NCBI GenBank assembly: GCA_973895155.1
Contig: OZ316897.1
Location: 8,207,832 to 8,271,831, forward strand
Reading direction: 5' to 3'
Origin: Marsupella aquatica
Taxonomy: Eukaryota > Plantae > Marchantiophyta
DNA: 64,000 bases
This document shows positions 24,566-37,845 of this stretch, one piece after another. Made by a program: the position numbers and the translations under genes. The notes beneath the pieces were generated by a model. It was not told the origin of the DNA. It did not search any database and worked only from the letters and a program-made list of their open reading frames with translations. How positions within the stretch are numbered: the stretch's first letter is position 1; the number at the start of each line of letters is the position of its first letter.

Positions 24566-27500
24566 AGTGGTTTACTAGTGACGCTTATTTCAGTTCGAGA
24601 ATAGAGATCATGCATTCTGCCAATTATTGAAGATGAAGCCCAGATAGACCCTCTAGGTTTGTCAAAATGCTCCCATGGATTTTGTGAGTCAGATGAACTG
24701 CATTTTATTCACAATGTTGCATAAATATTCCTAATTAGGCCATCGAGACTCTCCCCTTTCTGTCAAGAGTCCACAAGAGCATCATTTTGGCTGATTATTA
24801 CTGTTAAGCCATTTTGGGTGGATAATTGGCTGGACGTGGGATAGCCAATCACTCTTACTGAGCCTAATCCAGGGCTCCAGGCACCGTGATTAGAGGTAGT
24901 AGTAGCGTGTGAGCAAACACAATTTGTTTTTTTCTCAAAACACCATAGTTTCTTCAAGTAGGAGGAAAAAACTCTATATACACACCACTTTGCTAACAAA
25001 CTCCTAGCTAGCAAAAACCTGGTTTGAAACACATCAACTTTTGTGTCCTTTTTCAGTGAAACCCAATTTTGGGACTTCTCCCAAATTACACTGAGTTGTT
25101 ATTTTCTCATCCTTTATTGGGTCAAGTAATGTGTTTTTTTGCACTCATAGTGGTGTCGGTGCATCATAGGAAAAAGGCGCTTGTTATAGTTTGCCTCTTA
25201 CACAATCTGCCTCTCATGATCCGTTTTTCAAGCCACCCTCAGTTCATTTTGTGTGGATACAATTGAATGCTCCAAATCATTTACAACCTGCAGCATTTTG
25301 TTTCTTTTCTTACTCCCCCTCCGACCCACTTTTTCTTTTTCCTATCTCTTCTCTTTTATCTGATTGGTTTGAAAAGGGTGATTGGAATGAGGGTTTTGGG
25401 AAATCCATTTTTTTCCAAAATTGTAGAGTGTGTAGTGAGATGATAAACCTATGGCTGAAAAATTCTTTTGATGTCCCTTTCTCTGGAATCTCAGAAACCT
25501 TGCAGTGGTAGGTTACTGGACTTTTTGGGCAGGTCGCCAGCGTACTGTTTAAAAATGACTCATCCAGGGTGTAATGGTCTATTTGAGCTGTTTTTCAAAC
25601 ATTATGGTTTATGGGGGCTTGGTTTCCTTAATTTCCCTGTTCCTTCATTCTGGACTCTCATAACCTTTTCGTCGGTAGGCTACTGGACTTTTTGGGCAGT
25701 CTCCTCTGTTGAGATAGTAGGTTCTGTTGGTTTGCCCTTTAGGCTGCCACTTATTCTTGGGGTTCCAGGCTCTGTAGGATTCCATCTTTTTTTAGGGAAT
25801 GGTGCCCTATGTTGGTCCCTGACTTTAGGGCTTCTGGCCTGGCCTGGCAGTTCAGGTTCAGCGGTTCTGAGAAGACCCTTCATTCATTCTCACTTTCTTG
25901 ATTTGGGACTTGGTGCCAGGTTTTTTTCCTTTCCATTTTGCCCAGGTGTAAAGGAGAAGGTGCTAAGAACATTCATTATGTAATTTTATGTACATTAATG
26001 TTTGACCATTAGATCACCCCAGATTACAGTATAACCGTCAGATTCTGGCTAGTGGGGTGGTGGCTAGGGAGAAACTGGCTGATGGCAGACCAAAAAAGGA
26101 AGCATATTTTAGTCAAAATTGGTGGAGACTTTTCCAATGAGGTGGAATTTAGCTAGTTTTCTCCACTCAAAAAAGGCTGCTCGGTGCATTGTTATAGAAA
26201 GGATTTTCGTGTCCCTTCCTGTCCTGTGAAAAAGGGTGACAACCATAAAATATCCCATCCTTAAAGTATGGATGGAATGATATGTCGTTAAAAAGACTGA
26301 TAAATAAAAAAAAGTGACATGCTACGAATGCTCATGCTTCTTTTTAGGATTGCACTTGTTTTACTTTTTTCCTTGTTTGGTGTTTATCCTCTTTGGTTCT
26401 CTTTCTCTTTCCCTTCATTGTACTTTATTTTTTCCTGTTTTATAAAATTTGGTGGAAGTTTCTGACTTTTTCTTTCCTTTCATTGTACTTTGCTTTTTAC
26501 TGATCTAGAAATTTTGATGGAAGTTTCATTTTGGTGTTACTTTTGAGAATTTTTTAAAAATAATTCTGTGAAAAGAAACAGTTTCATAAACTCAAGTAAA
26601 ATTCCTTAAACGTTATCTGTTTCAGTGTGGCTCAAATATTACGTGATACTTTGCATTTGTAAACACAAGCCTCAAAGCCCATTCTTTCAATGTTAATAAA
26701 ATGATGAGAAAAACCATCATTCAAGTAATCATTTTAACAGATATCATTCTCTCCATATAGATCCTTCTTTTCATGCACAAAATTTTTGGTGGGGCCCTGG
26801 ACTCATGGTCTAGAGACTTCACTCTAGAAACCTAGACCCAACTCTAGATTCCCTTTGGGCTTTATAAGTAAGATGGCCAGTTCTTTGAACAAAAAAACAA
26901 GCATAACTCATTGGTGGTTACCAAGGATTACAAACACTCAGATTACTCTAGTACTACTAATTGGTTACAAGTCCTGTCCATTGGATTGGGTACATCACAT
27001 GTAACCAAGTCCGCCCCTGGCATTTGGAGGAAAGAGGGTTGCAGAGGGAAACCACAGGGCCAAGAAATTGGCACCATCACTCATAATGGCTTTACAAGAA
27101 GATTGGGCACTTGTTTTTTTTCACTAAAGATCTGGAGGGGCAGTTCAGACTCTGGACCAAAGATCTTTTGAAAAAACCTTCAATAATTGCAAATTCCTTG
27201 AATGAAGGGGACAACGTTCCAGGTGGATACCATACCTGAATCAGCCGCTGAGTTCTTGCAAAGCCAACTGTAGCCATCTCTAACCATTATATGGTCCAAG
27301 ATTAATCTTAGAGAGAATAAAAAGATAACTATGCTTTCTACATTGTGTAAAGCCACCCTCAGGCATGGAGGACCGTCTTTTAGCATTATGAGAATTCATG
27401 AGCATGGGGCAGCAAAGATTTGAGGCACCTCTTGAAACCTGTTTGCACCCAATGAATGGCCTTGACAAATTGAAATTATAAGGAGCCCCCATCCTGGTAT

Positions 27501-28540
27501 GGAGATAAAAGATTATTGAAAATCAGCACAAAGATCTTATGGCCTGGAAGTGTGTTCACCTCAAAATCAGAAATTGATTACTCTTCCTAATTGTTATTGT
27601 TTAATTGTTACATCAGATATTACGCTAAGGCTAGAGTATGTCAGGTTTGATAGAGAACCTTGGCTCAAATAACTGAACTACGGTCAAGAAGCTTTGGAAG
27701 CACACAAGTGTTAACCCAGGGTTACACCGGTCCCTGAAAGTGAGGAAAACTGAGTGCTGTTCTTATCTCTAGGATGAGGGTTCTTCCATATGAAGAACCC
27801 CTTGGGGTAGTGTATTCTCACATGAAGAATTATTTAAGGTGCCTTCTTCTGAAGGTTTTAGAAGGGTCTTTCCCTCATCCAGTAAGAGAACATTTTCCTC
27901 TCTTACCAACTGTGATGCTAAAAGGCTTCCTATTGAGGCAATCCTGGGGCATCCTCTCGATATGCTCAAGGACCTCTCCCTCGTAAGGTAAGTGAACCTA
28001 TTCTACTCTTATCAACTTTGATTTTAGCAAACCTTGCTATTGATGGGTTTGCTGTAGTATGGATTGGCTTCTCAGTTAGGTGTCAAAATGCTACTAGAAA
28101 GCCTCTTCCAGAGGACAAAGTCCTCAGCCGAATTTTATGAGGTTGTTCTCAAACTATGTTCTCTAAATGAAGGCAAGTTGCTCTAATGATATCTGGAAAG
28201 TATCAGCAAAGGGTATCATCACTCATATTTGATGACATTCACTTTGCAGTTGTACCATTGCAATACTGCATGTATCAATGAAGGCAGGTAGTCAAGGTAC
28301 AGGCTCGCTAGGTACATAGCAGTTGGAGGACAGCCACGGAATTGAGACAACGATGAACGTGAAATTATACACAGCTATAATTGCTCATTCTGGGAACATC
28401 CTGGCTTGTTCCTCTGGTCAATAATTCTTAGCTCTAACGAAATCCGCAAGTACTAATCTTCAAGGTCTCTCTACTCTCAACCGTCCGAAGCAAGGCAAAA
28501 TTCTTACGTCCTTAACTACAAAGCGATACGTCTAGTAATC

Positions 28541-31500
28541 TTACTGTGGTCTCTGGAATTTGATCACTTTGGGTTTGTTATGCATTTTGGTGGAGCCTGT
28601 GGTGTTGGGAGTACCTTTGGCTAAGTCTCTTCCTACTTTCTTAGTTTTGGGTTTTGGGGTAGTTTTCTTGGATCCAGTCTCCAGGCCGCTTTCGGGTTCT
28701 TCGTCATCACTACCATAACTTAATGCTCCAGCAATGGTTTCACCTGCCTCATCGTCCGACACAAAATCATCTCCCAGATCATCACCACTCTGGAAGACAG
28801 TGCGCTTTCCACCACCTCCAGGTCCAGATGCCTGCGCTACTGCAGTTGCTGGACAGAACAACCAAAAAAAGGTCAAGCAACATTCTCACCCAATGATCCA
28901 ACTAACATATTCTAGTTGCTTCCCAATTCAGATCACATCCCGTGGAATTGAGGTGCTGGAAACAAGACCTTCGCAGCTATTTCACTCTCTGAGAAGGACA
29001 CTAGAAGCAAACTATTTGTCTTTCTGTGGAGCTATTTGGAACCCAGATTAACTCATCTCCATCCACTGTTCACAGAGACTTAGGCAAGAAAGTAAAACCA
29101 GAAACTACACTCACAAATTTGAAGCTTAATGCGGCCTCCTGATTTTTTTGTAGGGCAGTCCTTAGCCAGATGTGTTACTCCTTGACATAGTTTGCAGCAT
29201 CCACCCTGCAATTACATGACACCCTTCAATGAGCTATCTGTTTTTTGTTTCGAACAGGAAAGACAAAATCCAATGAAGGCCGTGCCTTCCAATTAAGAAG
29301 GTAAACTCTTACTGCTATCTATCCCTCGATTTGAGTTTTTGAGTTGAATAGGGCATGATATAGAGTCCGGGTCACTAAGTCACGAAAGAATATAGGCGTA
29401 CATATACACCAGGAAACAGGTTAAGCAAACATCCTTGTTGCACTACAATGACAGTCCTGACTACTGCTCATGGCATCAACCTTCACAACGGGGAATAGTG
29501 GGAAGTGCCCAGGAAAATAGTAAAAGTGAGTGTCTTTACCTTGGGATATATTCCATGTGGGTTGGTTGGACAACTTTTACTTAAATGCCCTTTATTCTTG
29601 CACACAAAGCATTCTGCGAATCCTGTTCCACCTGAGGAACAATGACGAGTGTCACGGAGGACCGGCAACATTGAGTCAGCGACCCATTCATCCAGAATTT
29701 TGAATCCAAGCCCCTAATTCCTAGTTCGATATATTTCTTATTTAATACGTAGTACACATTGAACAGCATGTCCAAACACATCTACATCCAGTTGACACAT
29801 TTTACAAAGAAAGGCTAAGAAATGCATCAAACTCAATCTGGCATTAAACTCTGAGGAGCAGATATTCGTTTGCTGTTTAAGATTTCAAGAATAATGCCTC
29901 TTACCATCCTTGAGTGGTTTTTTGCAATCAGCAAGCCGATGCCCAGTCTCTCCACAGTTGTAACAAAATTTGGATTCTTGTGACTCGAAACTTGCTGGGC
30001 AATTCTTCAGGGTATGGCCAATCTTCCGGCAGTGCAAACAGATCTGGTCACAACAACAACATGCCATCGGATAAGTCCTCGTCATAATTTTCAGCTTCCA
30101 ACAAAACCATACTCTAAACTCCAGCAAACTCACAAGTTACATTTAAAACATAGACGACCGACAAAACCGATCCCTTACTAAAGTCAGACCAGAACACAAT
30201 CAGACATTCGGTCGGGCGAACTTCTACTCAAAACCAGTAATTCCTCCTACAGACTCAAGCAAAGCATTCCAATGCAGAAAGATGCACTGAAAACTTAATC
30301 AAGGACTAACCAAACATATCCACGGTCGACCACACCAATCCCCCAAATCAAGAACGACCACAATATAACAAAATCACACATCCGGTGTGATCACCTGAAC
30401 TACTCTTAACTGAAAACAAACCCGAACCAGATGCAGAGTATTCCAATCAATTTCAACCAAGAAAGGAAGACGGAAAATAAGTGGAACAACGTCGACTTTG
30501 AAGGAACTTCATTTCATATGGTAGCGTCTCCAGAATGCTACAGTAGACAGGATGGCATATGGGCAATAATCGAGCCGGTCCTGTACCATGCAAGTAATCG
30601 CGTTCGATTCACACCCTGTATAGAAATTCGCGTGGCTGAAAAATTCGAGCCGTGTGACAGTTGAGGAGTGTCAGAGAAGGCATAGAGTCCATTTCATAGC
30701 TCTAAAGTCTAAAACCTGATGATTGTATTTGTCTTCATAAGAAAATATATCTTGCTTGTTCTCACTTGAGCGCTGTAAGGGAAAAACGCTAGTAACAGCA
30801 CGCACTTACTTGTCCCGAGCAGGGAAACAAGCCCAGCGGATCTAGTTTTGTCAGCAATTTTTCCTTCTGTTAGCTTCGAATTTAGAGGCGTGGGAGCCCC
30901 TTCAGCTTCTAATCGGCAGGGAACTGTAATTGCTGGAGAAGCGAGAACATGATCCTTTTAGAGTTGCCCATATTCTAGACAACTAAATCCCAAAATTCTG
31001 GCCTACAGGAATTTACGACTTAGACGAGAGTTCAGGGTTTAGGGACAAAGGCCCACTCCACCTCGTATAGATGGGGCACCAACCTCAGCAGGTATGAAAG
31101 GTACGAATAAGCGACATAAGACTCGAGCGAACAGGAGGGAAAGAGGGTCCTGACCTTCTTCCTGTCCCTTGCATCTTTGGTGGGGCACAGCTTTGCAATG
31201 TGATCAGTTCCCTTGCAAATAAAGCAACCTTCCCCGGGTCTCATTCCTGGTATCCGCAGCGGATGTTTGCTTCCCAATTTCTTGCTCCCAGTACCCTCTT
31301 CAGCTTTGTTCTGAGTGCCGTTTAGACCAGGAATCTGAGCGGCTTCGCTTTTAGAACTCTTACTCTGGAAAGGAGATCCGTCTCCCTGTAGAGAATGCAT
31401 TCAGAGAGTCATATACTCGTGGCCTAGAGTCAGATCTCCAAATTCAGTCTCACCTAAATTCTCTCCAAGTGAACAATTCTGAGAGTTTGGAACATCGTTT

Positions 31501-31926
31501 CGGACAGTTTTCTGTACTGTGAATGTATGCATGCCTTGTGATTAAAAGCTGGGTCACGCCATTTCAACAGATAACTTTCCGGTAAAATACAGAAATGATA
31601 AATTGAATGCCATGTGGCGAAACATCACGACACAGAAAATTGCAATCTTCGCAAACAGAGACTCCAACCTCCGATTCATCGCCGCCATGCTCCTGGCCAA
31701 TGGCCGCGTTCGGCGCAGCCGCATGAGTGATCTCATTTCCCTCCGGAGCCTTTCGCTTCTTTCCAGTCAGCTTATTCTTCTTCTTCTTCTTCCCTGGCTT
31801 GGACGAACCATTCTCAGAGGACGCAACAGCTTTCGATTCTGGTGCTGCGTTTTGCGTTGGTTGTGGGTCGCCTCCCGTCACCACTTTGAAATTTTTGCGA
31901 GCGAGCCTCTGCCGTTTGTTGCCCAT
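28541..31926 (-). CDS. CCHC zinc-knuckle protein (ZCCHC9-like), 6 exons, 372 aa
   Basis: Exons 31926-31669, 31385-31155, 30043-29905, 29631-29540, 29205-29115 and 28848-28541 join in frame with GT-AG introns. Five CX2CX4HX4C knuckles (CFICKGTDHIAKLC, CLHCRKIGHTLKNC, CYNCGETGHRLADC, CFVCKNKGHLSKSC, CKLCQGVTHLAKDC). Basic N-terminus; SGDDLGDDF and KPKVIKF near the C-terminus. Confidence 0.92.
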
Positions 31927-32146
31927 ATTTACATCCCTTCCACGGAACAATATGGATTCGCGCGATGTTGCAAAGGGAGATTTCTACTCTTCAGGCCTGA
32001 TCGAGACCTTCTTAAACCCTGCCTGTGTTTCGTTACCACGTCTTGACGTGTTCCACGATTAGGGCACAATTGGCGTCGTTCCCACTCAGGGTTTAAGCCT
32101 GCGGTTTCGTGAGTAAGGTAAAAGCCTTCTCATGAGATTTTATATA

Positions 32147-32327
32147 AAATTATTATTTTGAGGGTCTTGTGGCGCCCTGAGTTAAATATGGTGTCCTGTG
32201 TATTGGAGACCCCAAAATTATTATTTTGAGCGTCTTGTGGCATCCTGATTTAAATATGGTGCCTGTGTAGTGGAAACCCCCCAAATTATTATTTTCAGGG
32301 TCTTGCGGCGCCCTGTGTAGTGGAGAC
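32147..32327. repeat. Tandem repeat, ~3 units of ~68 bp (third truncated), upstream of the CCHC gene
   Basis: aaattattatttt.ag.gtcttg.ggc..cctg at 32147, 32215 and 32283. Confidence 0.85.
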
Positions 32328-34207
32328 GGGCAGGATGATGACTGAGGCAAAGTTCATGTTGATGAAAGTTCTGACTGCCAACTGTCCAAAGGGTCTGGCG
32401 ACTGCGGCAAAGTTCATGTTTGTGTATTTCTGATGACCCACTGTCCAAAGGGTCTGGTCAAGTTACGAATCCATCCTTGTGGTCCATCAAGTTTTGTAAA
32501 TGCTGGAAAGGCATGGTTAAGTCCTTTCCTGGGGGTAAAGTGTGGGTAACCCATCCCCTAGGGTAAGGGGATGTAATTTCCAAGGGCAATGAGCCCAAGG
32601 GTTAAGCCCATTATTCCAGGTGGGGATGAGTTATTGAGTTCTAGTCCCAAATGAATTTTTGAAACACTAACTTGGCTGTTTCTTTCCTTGAACATAAATA
32701 GAGATGAGAAGAGAAACAAAATAATCCTTGCGGAAAGAAGGATTCCCCCTTAGTAGTTTCACTCTAGACAGTAGGTGTTGTGTTAGATTCATCAGTCAAT
32801 TTTATATTGCCAAACTGTTGTCTACAGTTGGTTGCCACAGCCTGAATTCTCATTCAAATTTGAGAATCCCCCGGCCAGGCTGGCACAGGGTTCTGTGGCT
32901 CCCGACGTGGCTCAGCGTCGGCTAATGACTCCTAACTTCATAACATCTCAAAGTCTCGCTTGCAAAAGGAAAAAATTACTCACAGTGGTTTACATATGTC
33001 TGAAGTCCAGACTAGACTAGACTGGATAGTTCAATCCAGTGTGCTGCATAGTACCTTAGAGCAAAAGGTTGTCTAGTGGACATGTTTCTGTGTGCTGCAT
33101 AGTACATTAGAGAAAAAAGGTTGTCTAAGGGACATGTTTGCCGTGTGCAGGATTAATCCATAGCTAGAGTGCAAAGGTTGTCTAATTGAGGTGCTCGCGG
33201 TGTACCCCAGAGTAAAAAGGTTGTCTAACAGACATGTTGTCAAGCACAAGTGTTGTCAGACAAATGTGATGTGGCTGTGGAAATATTGTTATGAAAAGTG
33301 GATTGCCAAAAGTGCTGTTGTGATGGAACGTGTGTGGCCTCAAAAGGGTTGTCCTTACGGAGAGCCAAAGCAAGGCTAATCAAAATGTGGTGTCAGGTCA
33401 GACAAGGGTGCTAAAAACCAATTTCCACTGACTCTTGTTTTCCCTCTGTACTAAAGCTTCCTTTTTCTTTGCTTTCTTGCCTTTCCCATCGGCCCCCTTC
33501 TTCTTTCCCTTCCCTTCCATGTTTCTTGGAAATGCCATTTTACACTAAAGACAAAAATATCCAGGGGCACATGCTTGTAAAATTTGCAGATTATAGCACA
33601 TATTGGACCTCATTTCCACCAATACAGATACAGCCGCAATAAGGGATCCTTCACTGTGAAACACAAGAAAATTTTGCACAATCATACAAGCTGTCCAAAC
33701 TTGGAATCTGAAACTTTCCACCCATCATATCAGAGAAGAAATTGCTAGGCGGTTTCAAGTTATGGAGGTTGTGTATCATGTCTCCTTGTGCTGCAAGGGT
33801 GCATTCGAGTCTGAGGCCAGTGCTGAGTACTTTCTAGTAAATGCACATCAAAACGGAGCACCATACATGTACTGTGTCATATGACGGCAACATGGCATGT
33901 GCCCACAGTTTGGAATTTTAATCCATACCATGATAAACTGGATTATTTGGTTATATCACTGAGTGTTGTTCATTCTACTATGTTGCCGTTGCTTTTTTGT
34001 GTAAAACTACTGGGACTAATCATTCTATGTATCTGGCTGTTGCTTTTTATGTGAAATTACCAGGGCTGTTCAGCTATGTATCTTGGGACTGTTCATTCTA
34101 AGTATGTATCTGGCAGGTGCTATTTGATGTGAAATTACTGGACGCACTGAGTCACGAGAGGGGAGAAAGTCTGGAATATGTAGGTCAGCTAGATCCATCT
34201 AAAACAA

Positions 34208-34292
34208 AAATACAGCAAGTCATCCCTGTGGTACATCGTCGGTGATGGCAAATACAGCAAGTCCTCCCTGTGGTACATCGTCGGAGATGGCA
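34208..34292. repeat. 42-bp tandem duplication
   Basis: aaatacagcaagtc(a/c)tccctgtggtacatcgtcgg(t/a)gatggc occurs twice. Confidence 0.9.
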
Positions 34293-35789
34293 ACAACAGG
34301 ACTACAAACAGTAAGGTTCAGTTTTGACGCCAATATCAGATCTGCAAAAAATTGTATGTCATTAAGATACACAACACACATTTGATAAGGAAACCCTATG
34401 AGTCTGTGTGTGTATGGACATTATTTGTAATTTCGAGCAGAGATCAAAAAGTCACGGCCAAGCTTTGAGAGAGATACAAACTTTGTAGACACCCAGTCAA
34501 GGCCGTGTCAACAGACGTCAATTGAGGGGTAGCGCATCAAGATTCACACAAGTAGTGACCACTAAACACGATAGGTCAAAGCTGAGATCCCGTAGCATTC
34601 ATAACTGTAATACATGTCTAGTGTAGTCGATGGACTTTCAAAGGCCAGTAGTCATTGCTGTCAGGAAGCATAACGAGCGTCATAGATGTGTCATATCAAT
34701 AGACCCACATCTAATCCCAAGTTGCTCATTTTGCAGACTAAACAGTAAACAGATAATTCTTTGTGTGCAGTTCTCATTACTCTAGAGGTACTTTCTATAG
34801 CCATTGAGTCGTTGAGAATAGAGTAATGGCAGTAAGTCGATCTATATTACTGTGTGTTTATACTGAGAGTGCTCTACTTGAAGTCATTATTCGTGTCTAA
34901 ATGTAATCATCGATCATGCTTGTAGAAGCCACGGAAGGCCCAGCAGTTTGTTTAGAAGACCTGTCCCTGGCGTTTGATGGATAAATCATGTCTGTACTCG
35001 TAGTGTACTTATAAATCATAATCGAGGCCACAACATCATCCAGCCAGGGATTAGTACAGTAAGAGAACAAAAGATGTTAGTCCATCCATACAACAATGGT
35101 AGTGTACCCTGTGATTACTGAATGTAAAGGCTGTTAACGGTGCATTGAGGTTGTTTGTCATGCAACCCGAAGTAGACCTTCAACAAGAAAGAATTGAATA
35201 TATCTTGGGATGTGCAAACAGCATCCACGGTAGGCTTAGGCAGAATGCTATTAGTCGTATGGAGAGAAATCAAAAAGGATTCCGGTGGCTTTCTAAAGAG
35301 TTGTCTTGATCCAAATTGAAATTGTAGCTGAAGTGTGACTCTTGAGGTCGATATAGATAAGACACGCGGGAAAATTTACAGGGTCTCTCAGATTTTAGAC
35401 GAGGCTTCTGGGGATTCTGTGCAGTGGTTGCACAAAATCAGATTCGTTTTGTTTCATTGGTTATTCCTGCACATTCACAACTTTTAATTCTCTTAACTTT
35501 GCAGCTTTCCTTTGTGACATGCTGTCCCAATCTCGTAAGTGAATGACGTCTTCTTTGATATGCCTTCCCTTCCTACAGCCTGTAAGCGTCTGACATCTAT
35601 CCATAGAAATGCCTGAGATAACAGAATGAAGCAACAAGTGGACGAGCTCATGAAGCACGCTGAGAGTAGGTCCTCATGAAGCAGTCGGCTGAAATGCTCC
35701 CCTGTGCATTTGCTGCTTCTGTAGAGAATCGGAGAATCTCATATCGACTTCAACAGCTGATAACAACAGAGAGAACCACAACAACACAT

Positions 35790-36059
35790 ACGGTCAATGA
35801 TGCAAAGAGGAAGTCCGAGCGAAAATTGTACACCTGAGGCAAGACATGGAGATTCATGATTGACAACAGCAAGTGGATGAAGAAACTGAGTAAATAGGAG
35901 AAGTATCGGCTAATGGAACAAGGACGGTCAATGATGAAAAGAGGAAGTCCGAGCGAAAATTTTACAGCTGAGGCAAGACATGGAGGTTCATGATTGACAA
36001 CAGCAAGTGGATGAAGAAACTGAGTGAATAGGAGAAGTATCGGTTAATGAAACAAGGAC
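35790..36059. repeat. 134-bp tandem duplication 3' of the SAWADEE gene
   Basis: acggtcaatgatg.aaagaggaagtccgagcgaaaatt... begins at 35790 and 35924; near identical. Confidence 0.9.
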
Positions 36060-36170
36060 TTGCAACTCAATTGCGTACTACATCTCTAAGGGCATTATGA
36101 GCTATCTAGACAAGTTATCAAAAGATCTTCTACATGATAGTCTTGAAATAAATGTTTGAACCCATGAAAT

Positions 36171-37845
36171 CTACTCTGTAAAGTGAAAATTGTTTCTAGA
36201 ATTGAACATGTCAAGGGCCTCTTTCAGCTTATCTGCCTGCTCCCCTAGAAACTCATGAAAACTGTTGTGGTTTTTCACTTTTCGAATCATGTCTTCAGGA
36301 AGCCTGTCCATATCAAATGACGTGAACAAACCTTCATTTCTTTCTTCTGAAGGCATGTCATTAAACAATGTATCAACATAGTGCACCTGAACATCATGAA
36401 TTGGAAAGTTATCCTCAGGTTGCACTTGAGCATCCTCAGTTGGAAAGACTTGCTCAGGCTGCACCTGAACATCTTCCACAGCTAGGACTTGCTCAAGCAC
36501 CTCTTGAACATCTTCAAGTGATAATACTTGCTCAAGTTGCACATCTTCAAGTGATAGTAGTTGCTCAAGTTGCACCTGAGCATCTTCAACTGGTGGAACT
36601 TGAACAAGTTGCACAAAATCATCCTCAGTTGGTGTCACTTCCTCAAGCTTTTCACTAGTTACATTCTCCTGTAAGAGAATAATTCAATCAAAGAGTTGGG
36701 AAAGAACTTTTCCAAAATTTTGTCGCTTTTGTTGATGTGCTTATTTTTTCTTACTTAAATTGCAAAAAACACTTCAAATCATCACTTGAAAACTCACCGA
36801 ATCTTGTGCACAAATGCTTGCAGCTTGAAGGACTTGATGAACCACAGGATGCTTTTCAACTCCCTCATTATCAATGAAGGAGATGTCAGCACATCCAAGG
36901 TACACTTCTTCATGTTTTAAAGGGCCACTTTCCCAAGCTAATTTGAATTGACAATTGCAAAACTCTTTCTTTCCGCTTTTTTGAAAAGTATGTAAATTGT
37001 GATAAATCTGTCAAAACAATATTATATCAAATTAAATTATGAAATATATAGCTTTTTTAATTAAAATTAGTATATATTTAAATTAAATGATAATATAAAT
37101 TTTAAAATTTAAATAAAATTATAATAATAAAATAAAATATATAATAATTTTAATTTTAAATTTTTAAAATAAATATTTAAAATAATTTATATATATTTAA
37201 TTAATGATAAAAATAATTTAATATATATTAAAATTTAAAAACTTATTAAAATAATAATTATATAAAATCAAAAATATTATATTATATTAATTAAATAAAA
37301 TTTAAACCCTAAACCCTAAAATAATAAAATTTTAATTATTAATATAAAATTAAAATCATTTCATAATATAATAATTTATAATATACAATATGAATAATTT
37401 ATAAAGTATAAAAAACTAAAAATTTAAATTATAATATATTTTAAATATAAAATAAATTAAAGATAAAATTAAAATATGTAAATAAATGTAATATAATTTT
37501 AAATATGAAATACTAAAAAAGACTTACCGCAAGAACTTTTGCATCGTAATATTTGGATTCTTTGTGATCTTGAGATTTGAAATTGGCACATACAATCATG
37601 TCTACCATTACCTCCGTGCATTGCCAATCTTGTAATTGTTTAGATCGGAGTCTCACAATCTCTCTAATTTTCATTGGGTTTTCCAGGTACTTTCCATCCC
37701 AAAACTCGTCAACCTCACTCCCAAAACCACTAAAGTGTACACGGAGGCTAGGTCCGTCAAGAGAAACATCTCCATCATACCATGCCCCATCAGTTTGAGA
37801 CAAAACTTCAAGAGGTGGTTTTCTTAACCTCCGCTTTGGAGCCAT
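36171..37845 (-). CDS. SAWADEE-domain protein (SHH1-type H3K9me-reader fold, no homeodomain) with acidic repeat tail, 3 coding exons, 341 aa
   Basis: Exons 37845-37528, 37007-36798 and 36668-36171 are all phase 0 with GT-AG introns and no stops. Motifs LEVLSQTDGAWYD, LRVHFSGFGSEVDEFW, VRLRSKQLQDWQC, KYYDAKV and H...CNCQFKLAWESGP match the SAWADEE pattern. The 3' end assumes no further splicing. Confidence 0.8.
37008..37527 (-). other. Extremely AT-rich intron 1 of the SAWADEE gene
   Basis: Almost only A/T over 37060-37520; bounded by GTAAGT and ttttgacAG; contains aaaccctaaaccctaaa at 37304-37320. Confidence 0.8.

Noticed and set aside
25069-28200. Possible decayed retroelement coding sequence
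   Set aside because: No RT, integrase, RNase H or gag motif recognised; needs tBLASTn against TE proteins.
37304-37320. Telomere repeat
   Set aside because: Only ~2.5 units inside an intron; not a chromosome end or a real interstitial array.
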